Below are positions 47,627 through 58,944 of a stretch of DNA of 64,000 nucleotides, one piece after another. Each line of letters starts with the position of its first letter. Positions within the stretch are counted from its first letter, which is position 1. The notes under the pieces are model-generated. The model was not told where the DNA came from. It saw only the letters and a list, made by a program, of their open reading frames with translations, and did no database searches. This stretch comes from a virus (taxonomy: Duplodnaviria > Caudoviricetes). Both the position numbers and the translations under genes were made by a program. The stretch lies in the IMG/VR virus record IMGVR_UViG_3300015615_000196, positions 288,001 through 352,000 of that record, one strand, 5' to 3'.

Positions 47627-49822
47627 ATGAAAGTAGAAGTAGCTTACAACGATCAGGAAGTAGAAATCGCAGGTGTAGAGAAAACACAGGCTTTCGGCTT
47701 CTCAAAGGATGCAGAAGAAATGATCTTCTCGATGTTCACCAAGAACATCTATTCCAACCCCATCGGCTCTATCGTCAGGGAAATCACTTCAAACTGCTTT
47801 GACTCCCACAAGGAAGCAGGAGTGAATGAGCCAGTTATCGTTCGCCTCTCCCGTGAAAACAATGACTACTACATTTCCTTCGTTGACGTTGGAATGGGTA
47901 TGTCCCGCGAACGCATCACCAAAGTTTATTCAAAGTATTTCGAATCAACCAAGCGTAACGACAACAATCAGATCGGTGGCTTCGGTATCGGTGGCAAGAC
48001 TCCCCTTGCGTATGCCGAAAGTTTCTTCCTGATCACGACATTCAATCACATCCGTTACACGTACAACATCCGCAAAGGAAAAACCTCTCCGGTTCTTGAC
48101 TTGCTGGACACAAAGAAGACCAACGACCACAATGGCACGGTCATCAAAGTACCTGTACGTTCCTCTGACATTTCCAGCTTCGAGCGTGAGATCAACCGTC
48201 AGTTGTATTACTTCGAGAACGTTATCTTCGAAGGCTTCTCAACGACAGTTCAGAACGACTACAAGATCATCGAAGGCAAAACGTTCCTGTATCGTGGTAA
48301 CAGCTACAACTCTGCAATGCACATTTGCTTGGGACGTGTTGCTTACCCTATCGATTACAGTGTGTTTGAAAACCTGTACTCGAACGACTACAACGTTCCG
48401 GTTGCCATCAAGTTCAACATCGGTGAGATCAACGTCACTGCTTCTCGTGAAGCAATCGACTACACTCCTGCAACGAAGAAGTTGATCGTGAAGAAACTTC
48501 AAGAAGCAAAGGCTGAATTGGTTGGTATGCTTGACAAGCAACACGAAAAGATCAGCACTCTCGAAGAGTACTATCGCATGGAAGATTCAGCAGCAGTTCT
48601 TTGGTTGACATCAGATCGCATGGTGAACATCAACTCCCTGCTCGAAGGTCGCAGACAGCCGATCATCTTCAAGAAATTGGATTGCTTGGCATTGCCTTCT
48701 CAATCAGAGATCATCCACCAGTTCTACAACGTGTCGATGTTCGGCAAGAAAGGTCGCAGAGATCACACTTGGGACAAGTCACTGAAAAGCGTAGGCAATG
48801 AGCACGTATACTTCGTGAACGAAGAAGAAGAAATGCCCCGGAAGAAGAATGCGTACATGAAGCAAACGTTCAAACACTTCTACGCAATCGGTCGTAAAGA
48901 CTTCGCAATCTTCGAAACGAAAGCGTTGATCAAGAGACTGACTCCTGAGAAAAGCATCCAGCCTTCAAAGACTATCTTCAAGCAGTTCCGCTTGCTGAAA
49001 GATGAAGTCTACACGATGGTTGAACGCTTGGCAAAGAAGTACGCCAGCATCACAGTACCAGATGGTTTCGTTGCAACACAATCACGTTACAACCCGAACT
49101 ACGAACTTCCTGTAACTTACGATGGACGTTACGGCTTCGACAAGACCCGTCTCAAACTTGCAGAGATAGCTGCTTCGAAAGCAACAATCTTCTACACGGA
49201 CACGGATGGTGAAGGTAGCATGAAGTGGGCGCAGAACCAATACGAAACGCTCTTCAAACCTGAAAGCGATAAGAGGTTCGTCCTGTTCAACAGTGACTAT
49301 CACTCTAAGCCTGTACGCTTCATCATGGTATCAAAGACGAACTTGAAGTTCATCCAAGAACTTCCGAACGTGAAGCCACTGACTGAGTTCAACAAGATGT
49401 TGCTCCGCAAGCGTGGTGAAGTGATCAAGTACATCGAGAAGCGCAAGTTTAGCGAACGCTACGGCAATCAGCACTCACTGTTCCTCAACGAACCTTTGTT
49501 CCGCACGTTGGACACTGCATACTCTCAAGTGTTGAGCAAGCTGAACAAGAATGCAACGTACTACAACGGTGTGCCGAACTACTCACTGAACATCGATCCT
49601 GAGTTCTCTCCTTTGCTCAAGGTCATGAACATCAAGTATGACACGGTTCAATACGCAGGTGCTGACTTGCTTGACAAAGTTGAGCAGAAAATTGTGAAGA
49701 ACGGAAAGTTGAAATTCGTGCGAATCAACAACGATTTCGACCCTTCTGACAAAAACAGTCACTACGGCACGGAAGATATTGACAACATTCTGCAACTTTT
49801 GAAAGCAGTTTACGTAAAATAA
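47627..49822 (+). CDS. rIIA: rIIA-like protein (GHKL/HATPase N-terminus)
   Basis: IYSNP...REITSNCFDSH, D.G.GMS, STK..N..IGGFGIGGK; paired with rIIB. Confidence 0.85.
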   Translation: MKVEVAYNDQEVEIAGVEKTQAFGFSKDAEEMIFSMFTKNIYSNPIGSIVREITSNCFDSHKEAGVNEPVIVRLSRENNDYYISFVDVGMGMSRERITKVYSKYFESTKRNDNNQIGGFGIGGKTPLAYAESFFLITTFNHIRYTYNIRKGKTSPVLDLLDTKKTNDHNGTVIKVPVRSSDISSFEREINRQLYYFENVIFEGFSTTVQNDYKIIEGKTFLYRGNSYNSAMHICLGRVAYPIDYSVFENLYSNDYNVPVAIKFNIGEINVTASREAIDYTPATKKLIVKKLQEAKAELVGMLDKQHEKISTLEEYYRMEDSAAVLWLTSDRMVNINSLLEGRRQPIIFKKLDCLALPSQSEIIHQFYNVSMFGKKGRRDHTWDKSLKSVGNEHVYFVNEEEEMPRKKNAYMKQTFKHFYAIGRKDFAIFETKALIKRLTPEKSIQPSKTIFKQFRLLKDEVYTMVERLAKKYASITVPDGFVATQSRYNPNYELPVTYDGRYGFDKTRLKLAEIAASKATIFYTDTDGEGSMKWAQNQYETLFKPESDKRFVLFNSDYHSKPVRFIMVSKTNLKFIQELPNVKPLTEFNKMLLRKRGEVIKYIEKRKFSERYGNQHSLFLNEPLFRTLDTAYSQVLSKLNKNATYYNGVPNYSLNIDPEFSPLLKVMNIKYDTVQYAGADLLDKVEQKIVKNGKLKFVRINNDFDPSDKNSHYGTEDIDNILQLLKAVYVK

Positions 49823-49855
49823 GTTACCTTTGTAATAACAACTAAACAACAGAAT

Positions 49856-51139
49856 ATGAATAACATCATCGGAACGAAAATCGGTAACTTGGTGAACCTT
49901 GTGATCGATGGTAACGCATGGCAAAAGACCTTCGAGTCACAAGATGAAGCAAACGCCTTCTTCAAACTGATCCACAAGGCACGTACAGGTGATAAGGATG
50001 CATTCAACGAACTTCTCACCGCCCTGAACCGCAGGTATAAGACCGTGATCAACGGCATCCTTGAGAAAGATTCAGACGAGAACTACTACCTCAAAGGTAT
50101 CGACATCAAACTTCCCTCTCTCCTTGCAGACACTTTCGTTGACTACATTGAGAACGATTTCCCGGTGGATGCACTGGTGAACTTCTGGAAGTTGCTCCTG
50201 ACCAATCCTGATCCCCGTGTTCGCGAAGACCTGTTCAAGTTCCTGCAAGAGTACAACTTCGCCATCACTGACAACGGTTACTTCGTAGCCTACAAAGCAG
50301 TGGAAGCGAAGAACACAACGGGTGAAGACCTTGCTGCCTTCGTCTCCAATCAGTACTTGAAAATCAAGAAGTGGAAGAAGAACCCGGCCAACTACGAAGT
50401 TGCCCGTATCTTGACGGAGATCACCGAAGAAGTTGAGAACCCTGCCTACGAATACTTCGGAGACATCGATGATGAAGATGACGAGAACTACGGACAGGAA
50501 GACAACGGTGAAGATGAATTCATCGAAGAGACACGTAACGAGTATTCGTTCAAACTCTTCCCTGCCGGAGAAATCAATCTGGAAGATGACCAACAACTTG
50601 AAAAAGTGTATGGTAATCTCTCTGACCTGTTCAAGAACATCGACTCACTGATCGACAACCGTACCGTGTACCAGTCGAAGCACAGTGGCAAGAACGGAAA
50701 GGTTGAGCAAGTGTTGGGTGTGCCTGTGAAGATGGAACGCATCGAAACAAACGTTGACCCGAAAGTTGAATGCTCGTCTGGTCTGCACGTTGGAAGCACC
50801 AAGTACGTTGAGAATTTCAGCAGTGGTGATGATCGCATCCTTCAAGTTCTCGTCAACCCTGCACACGTTGTTGCAGTGCCTGAGTACGACAACTCAAAGT
50901 TGCGCACCTGTGAGTACTTCCCTTACGCAGAACTTGGGCGCAAGGAAGACAGCAAAGAGTTCGAAGTTCTGGAATCACCTTACTTCGAAGACGAGTACAT
51001 GAAGTACGAGAAGGCTGACCTTGAAGCACAATTGGCAGATGTTCAACCCGGACGTGAAGTGTCGGAGGATGCCAAGGTGAACTACAAGAAGATTCTTGAG
51101 GAAAGAGTAATCTACCTTGAGGGTGCATTGAAAAAGTAA
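49856..51139 (+). CDS. rIIB: rIIB-like protein
   Basis: FWKLL..NP, ITDNGYFVAYK, CSSGLHVG, VNPAHVVAVP.YD..KLRTCEY. Confidence 0.88.
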   Translation: MNNIIGTKIGNLVNLVIDGNAWQKTFESQDEANAFFKLIHKARTGDKDAFNELLTALNRRYKTVINGILEKDSDENYYLKGIDIKLPSLLADTFVDYIENDFPVDALVNFWKLLLTNPDPRVREDLFKFLQEYNFAITDNGYFVAYKAVEAKNTTGEDLAAFVSNQYLKIKKWKKNPANYEVARILTEITEEVENPAYEYFGDIDDEDDENYGQEDNGEDEFIEETRNEYSFKLFPAGEINLEDDQQLEKVYGNLSDLFKNIDSLIDNRTVYQSKHSGKNGKVEQVLGVPVKMERIETNVDPKVECSSGLHVGSTKYVENFSSGDDRILQVLVNPAHVVAVPEYDNSKLRTCEYFPYAELGRKEDSKEFEVLESPYFEDEYMKYEKADLEAQLADVQPGREVSEDAKVNYKKILEERVIYLEGALKK

Positions 51140-51161
51140 TTTCTGTTGTTTCATATGTTGG

Positions 51162-51189
51162 AAAGGGGATGGGCAACCATCCCTTTTTT
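51162..51189 (+). terminator. intrinsic terminator
   Basis: AAAGGGGATGG-GCAA-CCATCCCTTT plus T-run. Confidence 0.85.
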
Positions 51190-51202
51190 CCGTTTAAAGT
51201 GA

Positions 51203-51227
51203 AACCTTTGGCCTTGAAATGCGTATA
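51203..51227 (+). promoter_or_regulatory. phage promoter AACCTT-N13-CGTATA
   Basis: motif match. Confidence 0.75.
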
Positions 51228-52351
51228 ATAGGGTATGATCCAGTTATTCAAAAATAAGGGAAAAGAGGCTCAAAAACAGTCAGAATTGGCCACCGAGATA
51301 AAGCGGAGGGCTGAGGTCAACGTGGAAGCACGGAGAATGGCCGTTCAACTTGGGAGCCAAAGCAAGCAGGACACGAAGTCCGCGATCCAGAAGATCGATG
51401 AAATCTTAGATAAGGTTTCTGGCTTCGAGAACAGCAAGATCACTACCTTGTGTGAGTTGATGATCGCTCTGGAAACTGGCGATACCAAAAACTTAATCCA
51501 GTTTTTGAAGAAGGGTGATAAGGTCGTCAGGGTAAAGTCCAAGAAGAAATTCTAATGGACGCAACAGCACGAGCATTGGCGAACGAAGCACAACACGGCA
51601 CGATTGATTTAGCTGGCCATAAGACGAACTTTCTGGTGGCTCATGAATATGCAGACTTCATCGAGTTCCTTCAAGACAAGTTGGGATTCGATGAAGTTAA
51701 GTCTTTACAGAAAGAGTTTGAGGTGTGGAATGAGAAGCAGTCGAAACCAAAGAAAGAAAAGAAGCCCACGAAGAAAGAATTGTTCTCGGAGATTACCCCT
51801 GAGAATCTTCAATTACTTCCTGTAGATCAACGCACGAACAAAAACCTTCAAAAGCTACTGGACTGGCAAACAGAGTATAGCCATGTGAGTTGGAAACAAT
51901 TCGATGATAACTGGTGGCGTTGCTCCCTATGTGGAACTTATACTGACGAATCAACTTGTATCTGCTACGCACGATGAAAACAGAAAGCAAAATACCCGCA
52001 GGTGAATACAACGATGCACCAGAGGGATTAAAAGAAATCACACTCAAGGAATGGACACGGGGAATGTTCCTGTACTGCCTTGAGATCGCACAGAGCAAAC
52101 AAGTGCGTGAACCAAAGAACAACCGTTACTACGACCTTCGTCTGTTTGACGTGCCAAACTTCGATAACAAGAAACTTGGCTTCGCAGTGATGGATGATTG
52201 GTTCGATCCTGAAACTCGTAAGAGCCGTCCTGAACGTATTACTCGCTTCTGCCGATACGGAAGTGATGCAGACTGGAAGTCATTCGAGAGTCGCTTTGCA
52301 GCACAATTTGCTGGCGACAATTCCTAACGTCAAAAACTTAATTACATTTTT

Positions 52352-52777
52352 ATGTCTACTACCCCGAAATCCGGATTCGGTCTTGTAATCAAGACAAGCG
52401 AATACACTGGAAACTTTGAACGCGAAATGTGTGCGTTCCTCACTGGTCATGTTGGCGAGTGTGAAGTTGGTAATGACCTTACGAGAGTATTACCAAACAA
52501 GCCTGACTTCGAAAACCTGCAACAAGTTCCTGATGAACACGGTTGCCATCGCCCTGTATCACTGGACGAAATCGATCCCAACAACCTGATCATCTTCTTC
52601 GAGTCGAAACCTACGCAAGAACAAATCGACTGGATAAAAGAACACGCACAGGAGTACGACACAATCAGACGTACCAAAGGTCGTATGGCACAGTTCTACA
52701 AGGATGCAAAGAAGATCGAAGTACTTGGCTTTGGTCTGATTGAGTACAAGCATTCAACTCAAGCACTTGAACTTTAA
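52352..52777 (+). CDS. hypothetical phage protein
   Basis: YTGNFEREMCAF.TG..GECEVG. Confidence 0.7.
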   Translation: MSTTPKSGFGLVIKTSEYTGNFEREMCAFLTGHVGECEVGNDLTRVLPNKPDFENLQQVPDEHGCHRPVSLDEIDPNNLIIFFESKPTQEQIDWIKEHAQEYDTIRRTKGRMAQFYKDAKKIEVLGFGLIEYKHSTQALEL

Positions 52778-53181
52778 TGAAGAAGACATACATTGCACTT
52801 GACGGTGAGCCACACGAGTACGACTTCCCTGATCACGACATAAGCAAGTACGATAGACTCTTTCATGTTACACTGAAAGGAAACGTACCTTCGATTGAAG
52901 AACGTGGATTGCTGGTAAAGCAACCAACATACAAGTCCCTTGTTGAAACGGACTTGTTGTTCTTTTCATATCCTATCAGTGGTGACACTACTGACCTGTT
53001 TCGCTTCTACGAAGAAACACATGCAGTGGTTGTACTGGATGCAAAGAAACTGCATGAAGCAGGGTATCAGTTCTACGATGATGCGTTCTCCCGGCAGGAC
53101 GTGAGCAGCAAACGCAACCATCTGGCCACTGACAGAGACATCCCCAAAGAATTCATTATTAAGACCTTGACATTTGAATAG
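52777..53181 (+). CDS. ADP-ribosyltransferase-fold (Tpt1/KptA- or DarT-like) protein
   Basis: LFHVT...N..SI..RGL, FFS, IP..FI. Confidence 0.55.
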   Translation: MKKTYIALDGEPHEYDFPDHDISKYDRLFHVTLKGNVPSIEERGLLVKQPTYKSLVETDLLFFSYPISGDTTDLFRFYEETHAVVVLDAKKLHEAGYQFYDDAFSRQDVSSKRNHLATDRDIPKEFIIKTLTFE

Positions 53182-53950
53182 AAACCTCTAACTTTGGATT
53201 ATGGTTCTTATGTGGAAAGTATACGCAAAATGGTACGACAGTCAAAATGACGCGACCAAAGAGGTTATCAAAAACTTATTTAAGAAACACGATCACCTCT
53301 ACTATTCATCGAGTACTGGTAAAGTGCAATCAATGAAATGAGAAATACCATCTACTACGAAGAAAAGATTTCGGTAGTCCACGACACCTATAAACGTGAG
53401 TTGACGTGGAAGGATGTTCTTGCTGTCAAAGATAAACTGATCGAAAACGATGTGATCAAGGGATTCAGGTGGGAAGAAATTGATGCCAACCAAAATCCTT
53501 TCAGCATGGCAATGCCTGATGATCCACCAAACTATCAATACATCCTTTACCTTATCTTAGAACGTAAACGACTTGAGAACGATGAAGAGTTTGTTGAACG
53601 TCTAAGGAAAGAAGAACAACGGAAACAAGAACAAGAAAAACAAGACCGAGAAACTTACCTGAGATTGAAAGCAAAATTTGAATAATGGAAACCAACGACA
53701 TCAAGAAATCTCTCTACAAAGAAAAAACGAAAGCAACACTGTTGTATATTCGAAAAGGCACTGCCTATTATTGCACTACGTTATTCAGTGGAGCGAAGAT
53801 TTATTTTGATATTCCAGTGAGTGACATGGGTGATGCTGACTTCACTCCTGAAATGGAAGCCAAGCTACTCATTCGTTGGATAAGCACATACACTCCACCC
53901 CCAAATCAAATCGTTGTTGATCTTGAGACCAGTGGTTTAAATCCAACTCT

Positions 53951-54478
53951 ATGAGCCGAGTAACAACATTCGGTATTCATCCGAAGACAAAAGAAGCACA
54001 TGAAGTAGCTTACGGTTGGGACACGGTTCCGGGATTTTTACCCGGATATTTTTTTCAGGTGTTCGACAACGAAGACCCTGACAAGTCACTCGTGAACGAA
54101 GGCTTCTTGAATGGCATTGGTGTTGTTCGATTAGCTGAGTTGAAGAAAGAGTGGAAGGTGGACTATTGGGAAATGATTCATGCACACGTAGAAGGAACGG
54201 GCTTCTGTTCATTCCCTCACCACATGATCGAAGTGTCTCCAACTTACCATCAAATCGTTGAAGAAGGAATGGCAATCGTTCCTACGATCATAGAGTACTT
54301 GAAGAAGACCAACACTGGCATGAACGTGTTGATGCTTCTGATGGTCATTACCAAAGAGCAACCATATAAACCAGAACCAATTCTGGTAGATGGCAAAGAA
54401 GTGGAAGGCTTCGTTGGATATGATATTCGTGATGCGAGAAAAGCGTGGATCGAATGGGGTAAAAAATTAAATGAGTAA
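53951..54478 (+). CDS. hypothetical protein
   Basis: YGWD...YFFQV motif. Confidence 0.65.
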   Translation: MSRVTTFGIHPKTKEAHEVAYGWDTVPGFLPGYFFQVFDNEDPDKSLVNEGFLNGIGVVRLAELKKEWKVDYWEMIHAHVEGTGFCSFPHHMIEVSPTYHQIVEEGMAIVPTIIEYLKKTNTGMNVLMLLMVITKEQPYKPEPILVDGKEVEGFVGYDIRDARKAWIEWGKKLNE

Positions 54479-54783
54479 TGGAGAACCTTGTTCAATTATT
54501 GCACAAGCAACAAGCACTGATTAAACAAGGCGTGTCCATCTTAGTCAAGCACTACGAATCAGGTACGTTTAGTTTCGTGGTGCAGAAACATAATGGTGAT
54601 GCAACTGGTTGGACGAAAATTTCTCCGTTCATGAACAAAGGTTGTTACACATACGAAGAAGCACTTGAAGCAGGGTTTGAATGGTATGAGAAGCACAAAC
54701 TTGAAGAAGAGAAAATTGGGGATAAGGTGAAGGTTGCAACTGGTTCTGATTTCGGAAGCATGGTCAAAGTTAAATTATAAAAC

Positions 54784-55539
54784 ATGAAAAACTTAATTAC
54801 AATTCTCTTCTGTTTCGTTGGTGTTGCCTTGTACGCACAGGACACTACAAAGGTTGCACAAGTAAAGACTGACATCACCATTGCAACCAAGAACGTTTGG
54901 CGTGGCGTGAACTACGGTAACAACACACCGATGGTGCAAGGCACACTTGCATTGAACTTCAAGAATGCAGTTGAGGTCGGTGCATGTGGTACAGCAACCA
55001 TTAACGGAGATCGTAAAGGTTACGGTAACTGGATGGAGTTGTATACGACTTATACGATTGATCGCTTCTCCCTGACCATTGATGACTATTACTTCTTCTC
55101 GTATGATTCACTGAACGATTACTTCAACTACAGTAAGAATACAACACAGCATCTTGTCGAAGCGAGATTGAAATACAATATCGAAAAGAAGTTCTCGGTA
55201 TTTGCAAGCTATAACATCTACGCGAATGTCAATGCACAGAAGGCATGGTACTTTGAAGCAGAGTACTTCGTTCGTCCTGACTTATCATTGTTGTTCGGTG
55301 CTGTAACAGGAGCAAGCTGGTTGAACTACTATGATGCTGGTGGTATCACAACCATTGGTGTTGCAGGGAGTAGGGACATTGAAGTAACCAAGACATTCAA
55401 AATTCCGGTGAAAGCCTCTTTGATTTTCAATCCCAACTATCGTAATATTGCAAAGTGGGATGGCAGTGGCTACATCGATCCGGGTTATAATGGCTTAGGA
55501 CGTAATCCCGTCAACTTCGTAATTTCAATATCATTATGA
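54784..55539 (+). CDS. outer-membrane beta-barrel protein (Bacteroidota-like)
   Basis: signal peptide, VWRG..Q, amphipathic strands, C-terminal VISISL. Confidence 0.7.
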   Translation: MKNLITILFCFVGVALYAQDTTKVAQVKTDITIATKNVWRGVNYGNNTPMVQGTLALNFKNAVEVGACGTATINGDRKGYGNWMELYTTYTIDRFSLTIDDYYFFSYDSLNDYFNYSKNTTQHLVEARLKYNIEKKFSVFASYNIYANVNAQKAWYFEAEYFVRPDLSLLFGAVTGASWLNYYDAGGITTIGVAGSRDIEVTKTFKIPVKASLIFNPNYRNIAKWDGSGYIDPGYNGLGRNPVNFVISISL

Positions 55540-56013
55540 AAAAATGGTTTAAAAAACAATACTACAAAAGATTCGCAACGTACAAGCGACTTGAAGTACA
55601 GCTTGTCCCTTATAATGTAGGAGATAATATGCTGAGAGATAGCGAAGGGAAACCAGAAGATCAGCAGTGGCACTTAGCCAAAGAAGAAGATACCAACCGT
55701 GCTTATGGATACGTATTCCTTGAGCGCAAAGTACGAATATGGGAATGACAGCAGTAGAGAAACTTGAGAAATTTTATAAGATGGTTGCCCCTCACTTGAA
55801 GGGACATCACATTGCTCAATTGCTGTTTCTCGAAGCACTTGCTGAAATAAAAAACGAACCTATCATTACAGCAATTCAAGGTCGAAGTGAATATGACCCG
55901 ATAATAAAACATTTTGCTGGCTCAGAGGATTCAACTGGTCAACATGGAGAGATTGAGGTTCAGAGCGGTAATAAATGGGATGAACCAGTTATAAAACATT
56001 TTCAAAGTTAACG

Positions 56014-57078
56014 GTGAACATAAAATACTTCACAACGATCAACTACATTGAAGAGAACGCCCTCAATCAAATAGAGGACTTGCGTCAGGAAGAACACATC
56101 CAAGATGTTGCCGTGTTCCCTGATATTCATTTCTGTGACGAGAAGGGAATACCAGTCGGATTGACTTTTGCAACAAAGGACGTTGTCTATCCATTGATCA
56201 CTGGTAAGGACATGGGTTGTGGAGTTGCGTACTTGAAGATACCAAACCAATATATCTTAAAGCCTTTCAACAAAGACGAACACTATCGTGCTTTCGACAA
56301 AGCACACTTCAACATGACTGATGAAGGACTTGGTGGTGGTAATCACTTCCTTTCATTGGAAGTAGACGCTGGTAACTTGTATGTTATCGTTCATACTGGA
56401 ACACGAAACAGAGGCATCTACATGTACCAACGTAACATGGGATTGCTACAAGAATACGGTAGCAAGAAATACTTCACCGTTGACTTCCTGAACACGAACT
56501 ATCCGAAGTGGTTTGATGAATACAACGGAGTCATTGAATACGGCAAGCAACGTAGACTTCAATTCCTTAAAGGTACGTTTGATTTCCTTGTACGTAACAA
56601 GTACGTTATGAGCATGAACTTCGATGCGTTGCTTCGTGGTGATTCAGTTCATAATCATATCAAGAAGGAAGGAGATCAATACATACACCGTAAGGGAGCA
56701 ACCGAACTCGGCAATGAGATCGTAGTTATTCCGTTGTCGATGACCAGAGGAAGTTTGTTTGTCAAACAACGTTTCAGATATTCAAGTGTTGGGCAAGATA
56801 CCAGTAACTTGAACTCCTGCTCTCATGGTGCTGGAAGAAAGTTAAGCCGTACCAAGACCATGAAGTACTGGCATAGTTCTTTGAAGGAGAGAGAACGAAA
56901 GGAATACCGTGAACGATTCAATGAGTTACTTGATCGTAGTGGTGACTTCCCAAAGGGTTACATACAAGAGTTTGACTTTGCATACAAAGACTCCAATGAC
57001 TTGTTGAGAGAGCAACCGTTCCTTCAACAGATCACCAGAACCACACCAATCTGTACAGTTAAATTCACCGAGATATGA
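56014..57078 (+). CDS. rtcB: RtcB-family RNA ligase
   Basis: PDIH...PVG, DMGCG, LGGGNHF, HTGTR, HNH, HRKGA, SHGAGR. Confidence 0.9.
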   Translation: MNIKYFTTINYIEENALNQIEDLRQEEHIQDVAVFPDIHFCDEKGIPVGLTFATKDVVYPLITGKDMGCGVAYLKIPNQYILKPFNKDEHYRAFDKAHFNMTDEGLGGGNHFLSLEVDAGNLYVIVHTGTRNRGIYMYQRNMGLLQEYGSKKYFTVDFLNTNYPKWFDEYNGVIEYGKQRRLQFLKGTFDFLVRNKYVMSMNFDALLRGDSVHNHIKKEGDQYIHRKGATELGNEIVVIPLSMTRGSLFVKQRFRYSSVGQDTSNLNSCSHGAGRKLSRTKTMKYWHSSLKERERKEYRERFNELLDRSGDFPKGYIQEFDFAYKDSNDLLREQPFLQQITRTTPICTVKFTEI

Positions 57079-58013
57079 TCGAAAACTTAAATGAGTTTAT
57101 CCGTCACCTGTCCATTGAAGACAAGAAGACGTTAAGCCAAAAGGTCTTGAAGACCACCGAAGAACTTGGTGAACTTGCAAAGGCTGCACTTCCCTTTGAA
57201 AATGCACCCGGAACACTTCATCGTTTCAGTGATAGGAGCAAGATACTTGAGAATGTAATTGACGTTCATCTGTCTGCAATATCAATTGCATACAGCATGA
57301 ACTTCTCCGAAGAAGAGATCGCTGAAATGCTTCATCGTAAAGCAAAGAAATGGAGTGGTATTCAAAGTACAGAAGAGAACGTGAAGTTTCCTTTGCCATA
57401 TGAAATACATATCACGGTAAAGACTCCGAAAGACTTGGAAGGTTTCAAAGAACGTTGCAAGACCATTGGTGTGAAGCCAATTGTCATTGACCTTGAGAAA
57501 GGTGGTGCTACGGTGTTGTCTGACGTAATGACTTCATCGGTACACTTCGGTGACAACCGTTCTGCATTTGAAGAAGCCGACCGTCTCAGACATCAATTGG
57601 GTTCAAAGCATTACTTTGAAGAACCATATGAGGTTGTACGTGTAAAGATTGAAACTGTTCCTTGGCATCCAGCAGCACCTACTTCCGAAAACGGTTTGAT
57701 CATGAAGGGCGAGAACTACTTCGAGTCCCATCTACGAATCGTTACCACAGAGAAGAGAAGATCAATGCTGGAAGACATTGCTTCGATCAGGAAGGCTCAC
57801 CTTTCAAGAAACTTCTTCAAGAAGGTAAGTGAAACGGAATACATCATTATGATGACCCTGAGACAACACAAGGGCACATACAGTGAATTCAAGAGAGAAG
57901 TGGACACACTCAAGATACTGTTGGAGAACTACGAGTTTGAAGTTGATAAGATGGAGATTGAATTCTGTCTTTACGACACCAACCACGTTCACGATGCAGT
58001 ATGGATTAAGTAA
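57075..58013 (+). CDS. MazG-like domain fused to an unknown two-His domain
   Basis: KTTEELGELA N-terminus; YEIHITV and FESHLRI in the C-terminal part. Confidence 0.65.
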   Translation: MIENLNEFIRHLSIEDKKTLSQKVLKTTEELGELAKAALPFENAPGTLHRFSDRSKILENVIDVHLSAISIAYSMNFSEEEIAEMLHRKAKKWSGIQSTEENVKFPLPYEIHITVKTPKDLEGFKERCKTIGVKPIVIDLEKGGATVLSDVMTSSVHFGDNRSAFEEADRLRHQLGSKHYFEEPYEVVRVKIETVPWHPAAPTSENGLIMKGENYFESHLRIVTTEKRRSMLEDIASIRKAHLSRNFFKKVSETEYIIMMTLRQHKGTYSEFKREVDTLKILLENYEFEVDKMEIEFCLYDTNHVHDAVWIK

Positions 58014-58015
58014 GT

Positions 58016-58510
58016 ATGGGATTAGATATTAATACAGAAAAAGGACAGAAGTCATTGGCTGATGAACACGCTGCACATGCGATCATCAAGAACCTATGGA
58101 AGGTGGACGTTATTGAAACGCCTAAAGAAAGTAGCGCGAAGTGTGATGGGTTTCTGGTGAAGGACAACGTGATCAAAGCACTCTTTGAAACCAAGTGTCG
58201 ATACGATATGGGTTATCAGGAACTACTTGAACGTGGTACGTGGCTTGTAACCTACGAGAAGATTGCTGCTTGTAGGAAGCTATCTAAAGCGTTGGGCGTA
58301 CCATTTCTTGGCTTCCTCTATCTTCTTCCGAAGTCATCAAACGAGCAATTATTGATGTACTGGAAGATCACCGATGAAAAAGGAGAGTATCAATTCAAGT
58401 TTCAAGTACAGGATCAAGAAACGCAGAAAACAATCAACGGGGATCGTATTGTGAGAGAAAACGCATACCTGCCTGTTGAGTTTGCAAAAATGGTTGTACC
58501 TTTGACTTAA
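58016..58510 (+). CDS. PD-(D/E)XK nuclease-like protein
   Basis: CDGFL...FETKCR. Confidence 0.55.
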   Translation: MGLDINTEKGQKSLADEHAAHAIIKNLWKVDVIETPKESSAKCDGFLVKDNVIKALFETKCRYDMGYQELLERGTWLVTYEKIAACRKLSKALGVPFLGFLYLLPKSSNEQLLMYWKITDEKGEYQFKFQVQDQETQKTINGDRIVRENAYLPVEFAKMVVPLT

Positions 58511-58944
58511 TGGACTACACGGCTGGCATATTCCTTTTGAACGGACAGAATGAAATACTTCTGGTTCATCCAACTAATGCTCGTTGGAATACTTGGTCTA
58601 TTCCCAAAGGATTACCAGACGAAGGAGAGACTATACTGGAAGCTGCCAAGCGTGAATTGTTTGAAGAAACGAACGTAGACATCAACAAACTACAACTCGT
58701 TTACTTATACGACAAGATTAAACCAGTGTTGTACGCATCAAAGAAGAAGACCTTGTGTCCCATCTTCTGCAAGGTAGTGAAAGACCTTGACACACTTGAA
58801 CTCAAATGCAATTCACTGGTGGAAGGTGCTAACTTCTACGAGAACGACAAGATTGAATGGGTTGGATATGAAAGAGCATTGACCCTGATACACGAATCAC
58901 AAGTAAGAGCGTGGAAAGAATTCATAATGACATCCCTACGATGA
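58510..58944 (+). CDS. NUDIX hydrolase
   Basis: PKG..D.GE...EAAKRELFEET. Confidence 0.9.
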   Translation: MDYTAGIFLLNGQNEILLVHPTNARWNTWSIPKGLPDEGETILEAAKRELFEETNVDINKLQLVYLYDKIKPVLYASKKKTLCPIFCKVVKDLDTLELKCNSLVEGANFYENDKIEWVGYERALTLIHESQVRAWKEFIMTSLR

